Source: Lytechinus pictus
Taxonomy: Eukaryota
Assembly (NCBI RefSeq): GCF_037042905.1
Contig: NC_087251.1
Location: 42,100,001 to 42,164,000 of the forward strand
Direction of reading: 5' to 3'
Length of the DNA: 64,000 bases
A program made the position numbers and the translations under genes. Each line of letters begins with the position of its first letter. Positions within the stretch are counted from its first letter, which is position 1. The notes beneath the pieces are model-generated. The model worked only from the letters and a program-made list of their open reading frames with translations, was not told where the DNA came from and ran no database searches. Of this stretch, positions 1 through 13,981 are shown one piece after another.

Positions 1-345
1 CTATTTCAATTTCTAATATCTGATAAGGAGTAGGTAAATATCTCACGAAACATAGAAGGGAACATCAATACTAAGGTGTATTTAGATGCATAGAGTGTAC
101 CATCCCCCTTTATGCCTAGGTTATTGCTTGAGGCATTATGTTTTTGGACCATCCTACCATCTGTTTTACCTTTGTAAGTATTCTTGTGACTTCAAAGAAT
201 ATATAAGTATGAATACTATCATTGTTAATTTACGTCACAGATACATTGCTTTGTATAAGAGTGGTACAGTCAAATTTCATTGCAAATGTTTTACTTTGAA
301 GAAAAAAAAACACTTAAAGAGTTAGCAATTTTCCTTTGGCTCCTG

Positions 346-470
346 GGGCCTGTTCCATAAAACTTTTGCCATAAAAAAATTTGGCAAACAAAAATAATGC
401 CATTGACACTTATACATTAAAACACTCCGGCCAAAAAAATGCCATTGTTTTTCTTTTATGCAACAGGCCC
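346..470. mobile_element. PIF/Harbinger-like MITE
   Basis: TIRs GGGCCTGTTCCATAAAA / TTTTATGCAACAGGCCC; CTG direct repeat on both flanks. Confidence 0.7.
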
Positions 471-518
471 CTGTAGTCATTCTTTATTATATTATATTTT
501 TTCTGTATCTGTCTGCAG

Positions 519-569
519 GAACACGAAGTACGACAAGAAGCGAAGGAACTTCTTCAGAAGTATGAATGA
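519..569 (+). CDS. Probable terminal coding exon of an unidentified convergent gene (EHEVRQEAKELLQKYE*; alternative frame NTKYDKKRRNFFRSMNEIG*)
   Basis: Strong pyrimidine tract plus tgcAG acceptor at 517-518, a short open frame to TGA 567-569, then ~3 kb of T-rich UTR-like sequence with AATAAA near 3760. Frame and identity are uncertain. Confidence 0.45.
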   Translation, partial: EHEVRQEAKELLQKYE

Positions 570-3500
570 GATCGGATAGAGGTTCGAAGAAAGTACGACA
601 AGAAGCACAGGAACTTCTGCAGGGATATGAATGAGGTCAGATAGAGGGTTAAAGGTCTACAAACCATGCTGCTCAACTAGCACAAAACAAAGATACATCT
701 TGGTTATCATGCATGTTTACAAATCCCACCCATCCATAGGCGTAAATATTTGATGTTTGCTTGAATTTATGCCAGTGCTCCCATCTATTCAGATGTATGA
801 ATGTGCTATCCCATTTGTCTATCGTGTGATTTGTCATTGTATGATATTACATGATAACTAGCTTAGATAGAATTAAGGTCCCTTCATAGCAAAATTATGT
901 AAATTAATAAGGTGGTTACAAATCCAGTTTGTGTAATAAACCAGTGTTTATTTGTATTCAAGTTAAATGAGTATTTATAATTCTGAAACATAATTACTAT
1001 GAAATATTGATATAATTGTGTATTATTTTTCTATTTCAGGGATTGATAACCATTTTGTAAGTATTTCTCTAGAGACTCTAAGAGGCTTTAATGGCAACTT
1101 CTTAAAGAGGAGGGGGTTTTGGACCTTTTCAATTCTCCTTCCATAGGGGTAATACAGAGACCCTTTTGCTTGTATAGTTCTAAGATGATGGGAAAGTTTA
1201 CCTGTGATAAAGAAAATAACAAAGAAAATAGAATAATAAGCAAATAATCACTGTTGGTGAAGGTGATGGGCAAACTATCACTTACGAGGCAAGCTAGATG
1301 GGGAAAGATAGCTATATCCATCTTTCTGAGGAAGTGATAGTTTGCCTCTTAACTTGAAATCAAGAGTTGATCATATGCTTTATATTCCACATGGAGAACC
1401 ACTATAAGAAGGAAGTTTGATTTAAAAAAATAATTGAGTCGTATGTATACATATTTATACCTTAGGCTATAAAAGAAGGTATTTATTGGAACTGCAATCA
1501 ACTTGGGAATCTACACTGACGTGAGCATATATTGCAGTCATATGTAAACTTGTTCATAGAGTCCTGCCTCACTTTATGAATAGGTGTATGAAACACCCTC
1601 CTTGGAGGATCTTAGTAGCAGGTTTTATACAAAATATTCAAATGATTTCTTTTACTTGGAACTACTCTATGATACATTAAAATTGGTATAATATTTTGGG
1701 GGGTTATTTTCCTTTTCATGATTAATTTGTCATTTGTGTATATATTGTTTAGTAAATTGAGAAATATAAATAAATTTTTGAACTTATCTGAACTGAAAAT
1801 GTTATGAAAAAATTTATAAAAATGATATCATTGACAGATTTTAAGTTGAACAGCTCTGTTAATCAATATGAATTAACTGTTGGGTAAAGAGCTTTTTAAT
1901 GACCGATGCCATGCTAACTAATTAAATTTTTACCATTTATCTATGACTGCTGCTTTATCACCTAAGCCAAAATGATTCAATTCAATTTTATTGTTTAACC
2001 ATGAAATACAAAAACAATACAAACAAGTTGACAAACATGATATTCGGATACATTGTCATATATGCATGTATTGTCCAGTACTGAACAGAAAAAACTTGAA
2101 GCAAAAAATCAACTTTTGTTGATTCTTTTGTTAATACAGTAAGTTTGTACTTTGTACATCGTAATTAGTGAGTAAATATTGATGAATAATTTGCCATAGA
2201 ATATAATTGGCACCTCATATGTTTTTTTTTTATTGATCTTATACAAAGTACGCACTGTGAACTTCATGAAAGGACTTGTCAGATGTTTTTTCGACAAGTC
2301 CGGTCTCATCCGACAGTTACTACAGTAACATTGCTTCTCAGCCAATCAAAATCAAAGAAAGTTGTCAGATCTGATAACTTGTCAAATGAAAAATGTTGAT
2401 GAAAAGCTCCCAGGTATGCAATTTTTGTAATACTATTACCAGTATTTTTTTTATTTGAAATACCTCTTGAATGCTGCAATGTATGCTTTAGCATCAGATG
2501 TAATTGCCTTTGAGACAGCAATCCTTTGAATTTGAATTTTCATTTGTGTTTCATATGTAATATTGCAGAGTAATGTTTAGGTGTAACATTCAACGAACAA
2601 ACTTGTGTAATAATCTTGCCACTGCTCACTTACATACCATGAACTTGTAGAATGTAACATCAGGAATTCTTTAAAAGTTATATTCTTGAAAATGTATAAG
2701 AGAGAGAAGAGGTATTCATGTATATGTAAAATTTCTCTTTTTCATGAAGTTTCACATTACCCTCAATTGGGTAGCAAGATATTAATATTTCATTTTTCTA
2801 ATTCTGAATTCAATGTTTATACATTTGTTTTTATACATATGTATACATTTATATAAATATACAGCTGTGAAGAAAACAATTTTCAACACATTTTTAAGAA
2901 ATGGTGCCCAGAAAATAGAGAAGCAAGATGGATGTTTATTGCTCGAAAGTTTCATTGAGTTTTGGTTCACTGAAATAATGATGCTTTAGAGAAATTTAAT
3001 GATTGAACAAGTTCAATACATGTAGTCAGATATTTCATTGAGCATATTAAAGCATTTTTCACTTAATGTATCATTGTTTTGATACCATGACTTTATTGAC
3101 CTAAAGAGGCGGAATATGAAATTGGTTTATTGAGTGGTATATCAGACTTGGGTCTATTAGACCTTGAGACTTGCCAAAAGATATTTATCCAGAAACCAGG
3201 TCAAATATTACACTGTTTATTAATGGTGATATATATATATATATATCTTATTTCAATTATTGATTTTTTTTATTTTTTCAAATTATATAAATATCTGAGC
3301 TGGTGTAATATCACATCTCCCTCATTCATTCATTCATTCTCATTCATTCATGAAAGCCTTTGGATATTAAATGTTTTGTAAATGGGCAAAATAGCAGAGA
3401 ATTTGCCACTTGGGGATGTACTGAGCACACTGTGACACATTTTTTGAATGGCTAGAACAACTTTACTGCCGGGGAGGGGGAGGGGTCACAAAGATTGTGG

Positions 3501-6500
3501 TATAAAATGAGTCACCACATTGGTCACATCTTGCTCTTTCAGATGACATTATATTACATGTGCTTGTTTACAATAAGCACAAGTTTTAGACTGAATTCTT
3601 TGTGAAATATGTTTATATCTCGTCTCCAAAAAAGGTTACAACCCACCTGAAATGTTGTTAGTTGTTAGAAGGGAATTGTAGCAAATTATTGAAAAAAGAC
3701 AATGACATAAGTTTTTTAAGTACATTCCATGTTATATTTAATGTCAATGAAATACATTAAATAAATGATTTTTTAATCAGATATCTGTATTATTTTTCTA
3801 TTTCTGTAATTGCACAAAAACATTAAATATTCCTTACAATACACAAATCAGTTTAAAAAAAATGTGTAAGGTATAATGATCACTACCCTTCATATGAAAT
3901 GCTTACTTTTACCCCGGCCCCAAAATGTCCTTATGTACCCTTTTCAATAACAGAAATTACCACAAAATATCATGTCATTTTATAAATAAATAACCTTTCT
4001 TATAGCAAATATTAATTCCCAAAATGGAGGATAAAATTCATTTCTTCAATTCTTCACAACAATCATAGGTTTCAGCAATCCTGTAAATAAACCCTTCAGA
4101 TATTCAGTCTTGTGACAATTACAGGCAAGATTGGATTATTATCGATACTGTTATCAAAGTACACATATATTAACTAAGTTTTCATCAACTGACGGAAGAC
4201 ATATACACCAATGGCACTGTTGTTTAAAATAATTTGCACTCAAAGTGTCCATTCTATATACAATCCAACATATAATAATATTCATTCTGCTCTTAGAGCA
4301 ACTCATGAATCTTATATCCTTAAGGCGTATTATCATCAACTTGCACTTTTGTCTAATTTCAATGTTTATATATCTAAAAATGGTGTTATTCCATCTCTTG
4401 GGTATTGAAAATAACTACATAATACAACAAATTTACAACATAAAATGAAAACTTTGCAGTACTATTTACTGTAGTCAAATTGCCAGTTAAAATGTTCAAG
4501 CACTGGTTGAAAATTCCCTGAATATACTTACCTGTAATAATTGTTTATTAAAATCAACGGTTTTCTTTGCGCTTGATATACATATGGTGGATATCAAAAT
4601 TTTCATTCACAAAGTTAAAAAAAAGGGGATACCAAACAAAATAATTATTCATTAAAATCCTTGTAAACTGCTATGATATATAAATGTTTTTTAAAAGATT
4701 TAGTGATAAATCTTTTCAATTTAATAAACTATACAATGGCAGCTGATGCATGCCATTTTATCAATACCAGGTAATATTAGCCAAGCGTTTATGAATAATA
4801 TATATTTTACCAACAAATAAATGTACACAATAAGGTATGCAAGAAATCATAAAAGGAAAAATAGAATAAAAGAAATTAATATAGAATACACATAGTGCAT
4901 ACATTGCAAGTAGGCAAGCATGACTGCATCACATGAGATACGATACAATCTGTAAAGTTATTATTACATACATTTTTTATGTCTTAAAGGGAAAGTTCAA
5001 CCTGACATTAAGTATGTTTGGATATAAGCAGAAAAAAACAACATTAATGTTTCAATGAAAGTCCATCTGAGACTGAAAGAGTTATGAAATTTCATGTGAG
5101 CAACTTCCTCTTCTTGTGATAAAAATCCCATAAATATTTTTTTTTCAATATATAAAAAAACGACTATTTCGAGAGCATTTAATATATAATCAGACACATA
5201 GTTGAATACAAATTACTGTGATAAAATGCTCTGCCATCATGAACAGCAGCGACTCAAACAGATGACTTCACAGAATAAAAACTTTGTTTATAACTTTATT
5301 TATGACAATTTATAACTCTTCTAATTCAATGGATTTTCGGCAACCTTTCAATATCTTTTTTTCTCTAAAATTTCTGCTTTTATCAAATCCACCTGAGCAT
5401 CCGGTCAGTGTAAACGTCTCCTCTCAAGCTTCAGTATCTTCAATGATTTATCTTTAGAGTTTTGGATCCATTTTGAATTGAAATTAAAAATTTTATAAAT
5501 GACATTGCATGAAATATAAGATGTAAACACAATTAGATATGTGAGTAATTTGCATCAAATATCTTGAATTCTGACATTCCAGAAGTTTTTTTAAATCCAA
5601 ACTACTGTTATTCTGTACATACAGTGGAATAGCAGGATTAGGAATGATCTCCAAACTATTTTTCATGGAAGAAGAAATCAATATTCCAGATTCAAGTCCT
5701 ACATAATTGAATATTTCTTTAACCTGGTCATTTAAAAACAAAAGAGAAAAAAACAACCTCTTGGCTGAAACAATATTATTTTGATGAAATTGAGATTTGA
5801 ATTTCATTGTACATGCCTCGGAGAACAGAGGATCATACTTTTATTTATTTTGTTTACCCAGGGTAACCCCATTAGTGAATTAACCACTTTTCTTTTTACA
5901 ATAAACCTCTTTTGTCCTGAGATACGCATTCAAATATACATATATAAAAAAATCTGATCAGGGAGATATAGCTCATTTAAAATAATTTTTTCTAATGACC
6001 ACTTGCTAAGCTCTACCATTCCTCTAAAAGAATAAAATTCTAATTCCTAAGAATGAACAAAATCAAATGAAAGCGCAACTCCTATTATTGTCTGTGAAGC
6101 ATACTTGTCAAGATAGTCTTACTATGTAGCCTCTTCATACAGGAAATACTATTACTGTACATCTATGAGCTGCTATTTTCGCTAACTTCTTGAAATGCCG
6201 TCAAGATGTGAATTGAGTCACATGCAAAAATATTGGCAAGCTTGGCGAGCAATGCCTAATTTCATAACGTCAAAGAATATCGATCTAAACATGCTATGCA
6301 GTAAAAATCATGTGATACTATTATCATCACCATATTTCTTAGCTAATGTAATATCCTACATTTATAGCATTTTCAAATAAAATGTAAAACCATACAAAGA
6401 ATACCATCAAAGAAAACTGATTGGCAATTGAAATGTTTAAAACTTATCTTTTCTACTTAGAAGAAAAAAAATGATACACAGTAAAGTTGTGTAAAAAACA

Positions 6501-6989
6501 GAAGTGGTTTGGGTTAAAAGAACCAGCAATATCTGATGCATCTGACATTTTGTTCTAAAGGTCGAGTTGTTTTATTTCAGCCCCAGTCCAATGAAGGGTA
6601 CTAGCAGTCTACTGCTAATATATTAAATCTATACATACAAAACAATACAAAAAATAAAGTATATAACAAATAGGACATACTATTCATTTACAAATAATAT
6701 AAAATAACAAAAGAAAATAAACAATGTCTACATCAGCAGCTAATCATTATCAAAAGCACCAGAAACTTGTATGAATGCAGGCTGAAATATACATACTTAT
6801 TTCCATATTTGGCACAATCCGATATTCAAAACCTGTTATAATCTGACTATGTGTATATGCATACAGTAGAATGCACAATAAAGGTGATATATCATAATGA
6901 AATATAAAAATAACATTTTTTCCCCATCCATGAAATTGCTAGTCCTGTAATACCTCCCTGATCAGACATATGACCTTGTTCCACTAGGG

Positions 6990-7163
6990 TCACCTTAGCG
7001 AGTGTTCATCTCTATTAAGGGTGGAAGATGGTAGTATAAACCAGGATTGCGTTTTGGAGTCTTCGTTACACTGTTTGACTATAAGACCTTTCTGTGGTAT
7101 TTGATTATCAAGACACAATTTGCTTAGAGTATGCTGGAGACAGTTTTCCATTCTCGTCCATTT
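6990..7163 (-). CDS. GALNT: GalNAc-transferase last coding exon, ricin-B gamma repeat (KWTRMENCLQHTLSKLCLDNQIPQKGLIVKQCNEDSKTQSWFILPSSTLNRDEHSLR*)
   Basis: ttctAG acceptor, 174 nt, phase 0, CLD and QxW ricin motifs, TGA at 6992-6990. Confidence 0.9.
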   Translation of the reverse strand, partial: KWTRMENCLQHTLSKLCLDNQIPQKGLIVKQCNEDSKTQSWFILPSSTLNRDEHSLR

Positions 7164-7826
7164 CTAGAATGATAAAAAAAATAATAAAGAGGAATTATTA
7201 GTCATTTAAATCTGCTGCTGGAATAAGTGCAACAAATACCATCAACATTCTTAAAGTTCAGACAGAGTCAAGCAAATACCCCCACTTATGTTTACAAGTA
7301 CACATTAAAGTTGAAGGAACAAACTCGTAATATAAATTATCCTAACAATGTCAAGAATCTTTTCATTTTGCATAAATTTATTTTGTAGCCAAGCAACCAA
7401 AAATATGGTCAGCATCTTCATCATTTTTTTTTACATCTCATCTCATCTATCAATGATTTTTTTTTTCTAAACAGCTCTAGAGATTTGTTGCTTAACTCTG
7501 CAATGTAAGATTTGAACAAACCCCTGATATTTATCTGTATAAGCGTGCTCTCTGACACGTATAAGTTTATTCATTCATTGATAAAATTTGAACCTTTATT
7601 GTATTTTTTATCGACATGGATCTTGAGCATGTAATTAATATGGATAAAGTACAACATAACTCTGTAAATTTATTATAATTATTATTACACTTCCAATGAA
7701 ATTGCTGCATTTGCATTTGCATACAATCAATTTTCATTTTTCCAATACCCCTCCCCCCTCCCAACCACTCCAAAATATGAAACTAAGGTAACAATGAAAT
7801 TAATAGATGGGACAATGATCTCTCAC

Positions 7827-7946
7827 CTGTTTGATATCATTTGGAATGCAGCTAGAGATATAAACCCGTGAGTCTTCATGAGTTGAGGTGACAGTCAAAC
7901 ACATAGAATCCTGCTCGACTGTGTCATCTTTTGTTATTATCCAAGA
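7827..7946 (-). CDS. GALNT: GalNAc-transferase exon, ricin-B beta repeat (SWIITKDDTVEQDSMCLTVTSTHEDSRVYISSCIPNDIKQ)
   Basis: ttccAG / GTGAGA sites, 120 nt, phase 0-0, in frame with both neighbours. Confidence 0.9.
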
Positions 7947-9468
7947 CTGGAATCAAAGACGGAAGAAAAATGAAGACGACTTTATAGAAAACGATTTCAA
8001 ATTTCTCTGAAATCCTCACTGCGGATTGGTCCTGTCCCCTGACCTCACATTCACAATTAAGTAAATATTTCAGGCTTTGTGCTCTAAAAGAAATGTTCCC
8101 CCTCTTTATTATTATTTTTTTTCATTTCCAAGTATCAAAATATAAAATCAGTACTGCACTATCATAACATTTTCTGTGTAGTTTTCATGAAAGTGAAATA
8201 AAAAGCAAATTAAATCAGGCCTGCAGAGTTTGGCTCAACACACATTCATATCATAATCAGATAAAGTAAAATACAAAATTTCTACAGGGGGGGGGTCAAG
8301 TTTTAGCAAGATGAATCTTCACAAACACTAATGGGAGAGGTGCATTGACTTTAATTTTGTTGCAAGCAATATATGGATTTAACATAAAGAGGTATGACTG
8401 ATATTCACAACTGATCAAAACATTTTGAACATGGTTTGTCATAGGTTTAATTATACAATCGATGATATTTTTTATGTAGCAGGGCCCGGATGGAGACGTG
8501 GCATGCATATTAGGCATCTTGTCCAAATTCAGAGCTGTGTCTTTCCCACCGGAAACCTGAAAGCAGCTTTTCATTACCAATCACCACAGTGACAATAGAT
8601 GAAATAACTGTAGGAAAGCTGCCATCAAAAGTCATCTTTAAAGCAGGATACATGCTACAAGAAGTGACATAGACTTTTTTTTGAACAAGTTGCCTTTGTC
8701 TGGGAGTGAAGATGTGAAACACAATTTTGGTAATGTGCTGGGTACTGCGCTGCCATGGTAACAAACATATGGCAATCAGGGAAAGTCCTTTTAACCTTAC
8801 ATACTGTACATGTAAGTCTGTCGTGTTAGGGCTGTGTTACTAATCACCCTCATTGATATTTCTCGTATTCACAATGGACGTCACCAAGCTAGCCCTGAAG
8901 ATGTAATATGTCGACAGTGCAATATCGATCTATACAACTCCCATCATGGAGCTAATGGAGACAGGAAATTAGCGATTTTGCAAAGACACTCCACTGCCTA
9001 TTAAGAGTGTTTGTAATCATTTTCTTTTGCGAAAGGTTGCATCTGAAAGCCAAGTAAAACCATCAAAAAGCCAGGAAAACTACTCAAGTCACCATTCATG
9101 AGATAATTTTGCTAAATAGTGTTTTAAAAGATTAATTCCAATTTGGTCTAAAAAAAATTCATTATCTTTTCACTCTGTCTCATCCCACATGGTCTAATCC
9201 TATTTTGTCTACAACCAATTCATCTTCTAACCAATTGGTCTAATTGCCAGTTAACCCATTTTGTCTCATTTCCATTTAGACTATATAATGATAATAATAA
9301 ACATTAATTTCTATAGCACAGTTTTTATATGGATATATTCAGCTGTGCTTGCCCAGAGCTCTTTTTACTTATGTCTACGCAGCATATTTTCTTAACTAAA
9401 GAGATATGTTTTTAATTTTGATTTGAAGAGAGTCAAGGATATCCACTTCAACTACTATTCCACTTGGT

Positions 9469-9505
<37 letters not shown>

Positions 9506-9921
9506 TAGATGAAACTATTTATGAACTAAATTTTAATTTGAACAAATTTAAACATAAAAATTAGACGAAGTGAAAATTAGACCAACTTGGAATTAGACTG
9601 AATGAGACTTCGTTTTGACTAAGTGGGTATGCGATCAATTGTAGTGTAGACCAAACTGATAGAAGACCGTATTTGGTCTAACCCATGTGGCATGAAAAGT
9701 AGACCAACGGCTTGTTGACCAAATGAATAAAAAGCAGGAAAGCATTTCATGAGAGGACCCATCTGATTATTTTTTCCCGACAAAGTGCGTTTCATCCGAC
9801 AGTTACCATAGGAACTGTGGCTTCTCAGCCACAGTCGAGGAACGCTGTCAGATCTGACAACTTGTCGGGATGAAAAATGCTGATGAAATGCTCGCCTCGA
9901 GTGATTCTCTCTTGAACTTAC

Positions 9922-10054
9922 CTGATGTTTCTGTTTCTTTGAGCATCTAGCCATAACAGGAGGCCATGCCGAGCCAGTGGGATGGGGTGATGAATCCAAA
10001 CATGTATTACCTTGTTTGATCTGACCGTATACTAACTCATTAGGACCAGGAATC
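9922..10054 (-). CDS. GALNT: GalNAc-transferase exon, linker and ricin-B alpha repeat (IPGPNELVYGQIKQGNTCLDSSPHPTGSAWPPVMARCSKKQKHQ)
   Basis: tgtAG / GTAAGT sites, 133 nt, phase 2-0, GQIKQG..CLD motif. Confidence 0.92.
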
Positions 10055-10231
10055 CTACATAGAAAGATAAGACAAGAAAGAAAGTGATTGATGGTAGCCG
10101 AGACCGTTTAGCCATCAGAAAGACTATACAGCGCCGGTAGTAAGGGGGATTGATTTATTCAGGTGTCTGTTGATTTTTTTTCACATACCTTATACCCCTT
10201 ACTTAGTTTTGCATGTCCATTTAAAAACAAA

Positions 10232-10520
10232 GGCCCGTATTCTGAAGTCGGGTTTAACTTAGCCCATGGTCTAACTCTGTGCTAAAATTATGGGAAGCCA
10301 AAAGTGTCAAAATTTGTATTAAGTTGTATGTTTCTTATGTTTACTGTGCTCTTTCCTGATTCATCATTGGTAAAGACGATCATTTATTTATACTTCCTTA
10401 ACAAATGAGCTGAAATATTATATCTATACTGTTAGTGATTTATGTAACAATTGGCTGTCCATACTTAAACCACAACTTTAAACGTAGGTTTAAGTTAAAC
10501 CTGACTTCAGAATACGGGCC
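10232..10520. mobile_element. MITE with 3-bp TSD (Harbinger-like), family copy 1
   Basis: TIR GGCCCGTATTCTGAAGTC..GTTTAACTT; AAA on both flanks; second copy at 41971-42277. Confidence 0.8.
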
Positions 10521-11899
10521 AAAAAGTTTAATAGTTCATCACAGAGAGCATACTTAGCATTAACCACTAGTCAATATTTATCCCACAAAGCACAATGTTC
10601 AACCTTTTTACACATAACATCCAAGATAAGAATATTTCTGTGATGTATGTAAAAGTTAGAGCTTCACAATTTATCAGCAATGGACGGAAAATGCTTCTGG
10701 GTCTTTCTTTACCATCAACAGTCAATCCACTAATTTCTTGAAGGATGAGCCTGCGTCTATGTTTTTAACAGAAATATGGCGCAATATAAATGCTGCGGAT
10801 CATCATCATCATCATCATCAGGATAAGATCTAAACTTATGCATTAATATTACCATGACTACTAGTAAGCTGATGAAAAAAGCCAAACATTTGGAATCTGG
10901 GATGGAGTAAAGAAAGAAGCCTATGCCGTGGCATTGAATAGTGTGATTAGAGTTCATCCTTGAGAAAAACTTATTAGGCAATACTCGGATGGATAGAAAA
11001 AATGCTATGATTAAAAGGATGGATATCAACCTATATCTAATAGTTTTTCTTTATTTGATATTTGCTAACAGTGAAAGCTGCATGGTATAAGTTTCTTCAA
11101 GACAAATGTCAGGACACCTAATACTTACACCCCTTGTGTTTAGACAGGCAAAAGTGATTGGAATACAGAGAGAGAGAGAGAGAGAAGGGGAGAGCTATGA
11201 ATATTACAAGAGGGAGAAAGGGTATTAAGGTAATAGGAAGAAAAAGTTAGCTGCACAAAATATTCTTCAAGACAAATGTTATGTAACCTTATACTTACCT
11301 CTCTGACAGACAATATTTGAGGATAGTATGAGTATAATGAGAAAGAACAAAAGAGAGGGATATGAAAACAGAGGAAGAGAGAAGAGCTACAAATAATGCA
11401 GGAGAGAGAAAAAAGGGACGATAATATGGAAAGCAAAAAAAAAAACCAAATATAGAGAGATAAAGAAAGAGAGGAACCCGACAAAATTTTCACCTGCCAT
11501 TAATTATCACCTTGATATTTAAATGACTAAAATCGAAGCAAAGAGATCTATCTGTTAATGTACATTTAAGTGACTGTCTTGTGTCAAAGGGGGGCACATG
11601 ACAGGTGAACAGTTTTATCCGTTTTCTATCACCTCAGCTGCATCCATCCTTTGATGAACTGTTAAAAGTAGCCCAAAGCATTATTTCATTGATGGCATGC
11701 TTTTAAGATGTACTGTAGAGTCCCGGGGTAGAGCAAGCCGTCTACCCAGGGAAATCATCCCTACACGGAGAAAGCTCAACCGCAAAATGCAAATGAGGGC
11801 TCCTTCGGAAAAGCAGAGACCATGACGTTGACCACTTAAAACAACAATGATGGCTAACCTCATTCTATAAAGAAGGATGGATGAGGAGAAGATCTTAAC

Positions 11900-12855
11900 C
11901 CATCGAATACTAACCCCTTTCATATCAAGCAGAAGGGAATATGAAAAAGTGTGTTATAATGTTACTATTGAATACTAAATCCTTATATGGGAGTGTGAAA
12001 AGGTGTGCAATTACCAATGAATACTAAATCTTTTCATATCCACTGGAGGGGGATATGGAAAGGTGTGTTATAATATTACCATTGAATACTAACCCCTTTC
12101 ACGTCTAGCAGAGGGGAATTTGAAAAAGGTGTACTAAGCCCTTTATTTTATCTAGCAGATGGGAGTGTAAAAAGGTGTGTAATAATATTACCAATGAATA
12201 CTTAATCTTTTCATATCCACTGGAGGGGGATATGGAAAGGTGTGTTATAATATTACCATTGAATACTAACCCCTTTCACGTCTAGCAGAGGGGAATTTGA
12301 AAAAGATGTACTAAGCCCTTTATTTTATCTAGCAGATGGGAGTGTGAAAAGGTGTGTAATAATATTACCAATGAATACTTAATCTTTTCATATCCACTGG
12401 AGGGGGATATGGAAAGGTGTGTTATAATATAACCATTGAATACTAACCCCTTTCACGTCTAGCAGAGGGGAATTTGAAAAAGATGTACTAAGCCCTTTAT
12501 TTTATCTAGCAGATGGGAGTGTGAAAAGGTGTGTAATAATATTACCAATGAATACTTAATCTTTTCATATCCACCGGAGGGGGATATGGAAAGGTGTGTT
12601 ATAATATTACCATTGAATATTAACCCCTTTCACATCTAGCAGAGGGGAATTTGAAAAGGTGACGTACTAAGCCCTTTATTTTATCTAGCAGATGGGAGTG
12701 TGAAAAGGTGTGTAATAATATTACCAATGAATACTTAATCTTTTCATATCCACCGGAGGGGGATATGGAAACGTGTGTATAATATTACCATTCAATACTA
12801 ACCCCTTTCATATCTAGCAGGGGACTATGGGGAGTTGTGATATAATATTACCATT
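11900..12855. repeat. Minisatellite with 177-bp higher-order unit built from three related ~50-65-bp monomers
   Basis: CCAATGAATAC recurs at 12014, 12191, 12368, 12545 and 12724; degenerate monomers resume at 13468-13720. Confidence 0.9.
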
Positions 12856-12869
12856 AGAATAAGGAAATA

Positions 12870-13463
12870 TGGAAAGTCCACCCAAACAAAAAGTTGATTT
12901 GAATAAAAAGAGAAAAATCCAACAAGCATAACACTGAAAATTTCATCAAAATCGGATGTAAAATAAGAAAGTTATGACATTTTAAAGTTTTGCTTAATTT
13001 CACAAAACAGTTATATACACATCCTGGTCTGTATGCAATTGAGGAGACTGATGATGTCATCCACTCACTATTTCTTTTGTATTTTATTATATGAAATATT
13101 CAAATTTTCTCCTCATTGACAAGTGAAATAAAGATTAATTCCTCCCTGAACAAATGGAATTAGCATTTTTAATACTATATGGTTCAGTCAAGTTGGTCCT
13201 CATTGTCAAATCTGTAAAAAATGAAACATTGTATAATTCAAACAATAAAAAACAAAAGAAATAGTGAGTGATGGACATCATCAACTGACTCATTCGCATG
13301 TCACTGAGTTGTGCATATCACTGTTTTGTGAAAAATAAGCGAAACTTAGAAATGCCATAACTTTCTTATTTTACATCCGATTTTGATGAAATTTTCAGCG
13401 TTATGCTAGTTTGATTTTTCTCTAATTATTAAAATCAACATTTTTCTGGAGTGGACTTGTCCT
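12870..13463 (+). mobile_element. Kolobok-like non-autonomous element
   Basis: Right end GTGGACTTGTCCT followed by TTAA; internal inverted arms; left end degenerate; homologous to 36317-36910 and 37043-37232. Confidence 0.8.
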
Positions 13464-13981
13464 TTAACATTGAATACTAAACTCTTTTATATCTAGCAGA
13501 GAGGAATATGGAAAGGTGTGATTGACTATTAAATATTAAACCCTTTTATACCGAGCAGACGCAATATGAAAATATATGTTGTACTTTTATTACTGAATGC
13601 TATCCCCTCTATCTAGCACAGGATATAATGGAAGGATGTGTTAAAACATTGAAATTGAATACCAAGCCCTATTTAGCAGAGGGAAAATGGAAAAAGACTT
13701 CTACTATAATATTAATGTCAAATACTTGGGCAGGGGTGGCAGTGGCAAAATGTTTTTGATGAACCTACACTTCTCCCATAAGAGAGAGAGAGAGGAAGAA
13801 TAATGCTACACGCTATCAAAATATTTCAAATGCCTCATACATGTATTTTATATCATAAAGGGGAAAGACACGTCATAAATGTGAAGTACAATAATCTTAT
13901 ATTCAAAGGATTCTGTTGATGATTTTTTTTTTTCGATACCCCTCATCCAGGAAATACAACATAATGTATGGGATTCCAAAT

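Noticed and set aside
6990..7013. ER-retention signal in the C-terminal RDEHSLR
   Set aside because: Not a terminal KDEL/RDEL/HDEL motif.
11900..12855. CRISPR-like array of palindromic repeats
   Set aside because: No unique spacers; whole 177-bp units repeat; the context is a eukaryotic intron with no cas genes.
12854..13060. Recurring ORF SSxAYRPxCxYNCFVKLS (also 36641-36823 and 37007-37252)
   Set aside because: It reflects copies of one non-autonomous transposon, not a protein family.
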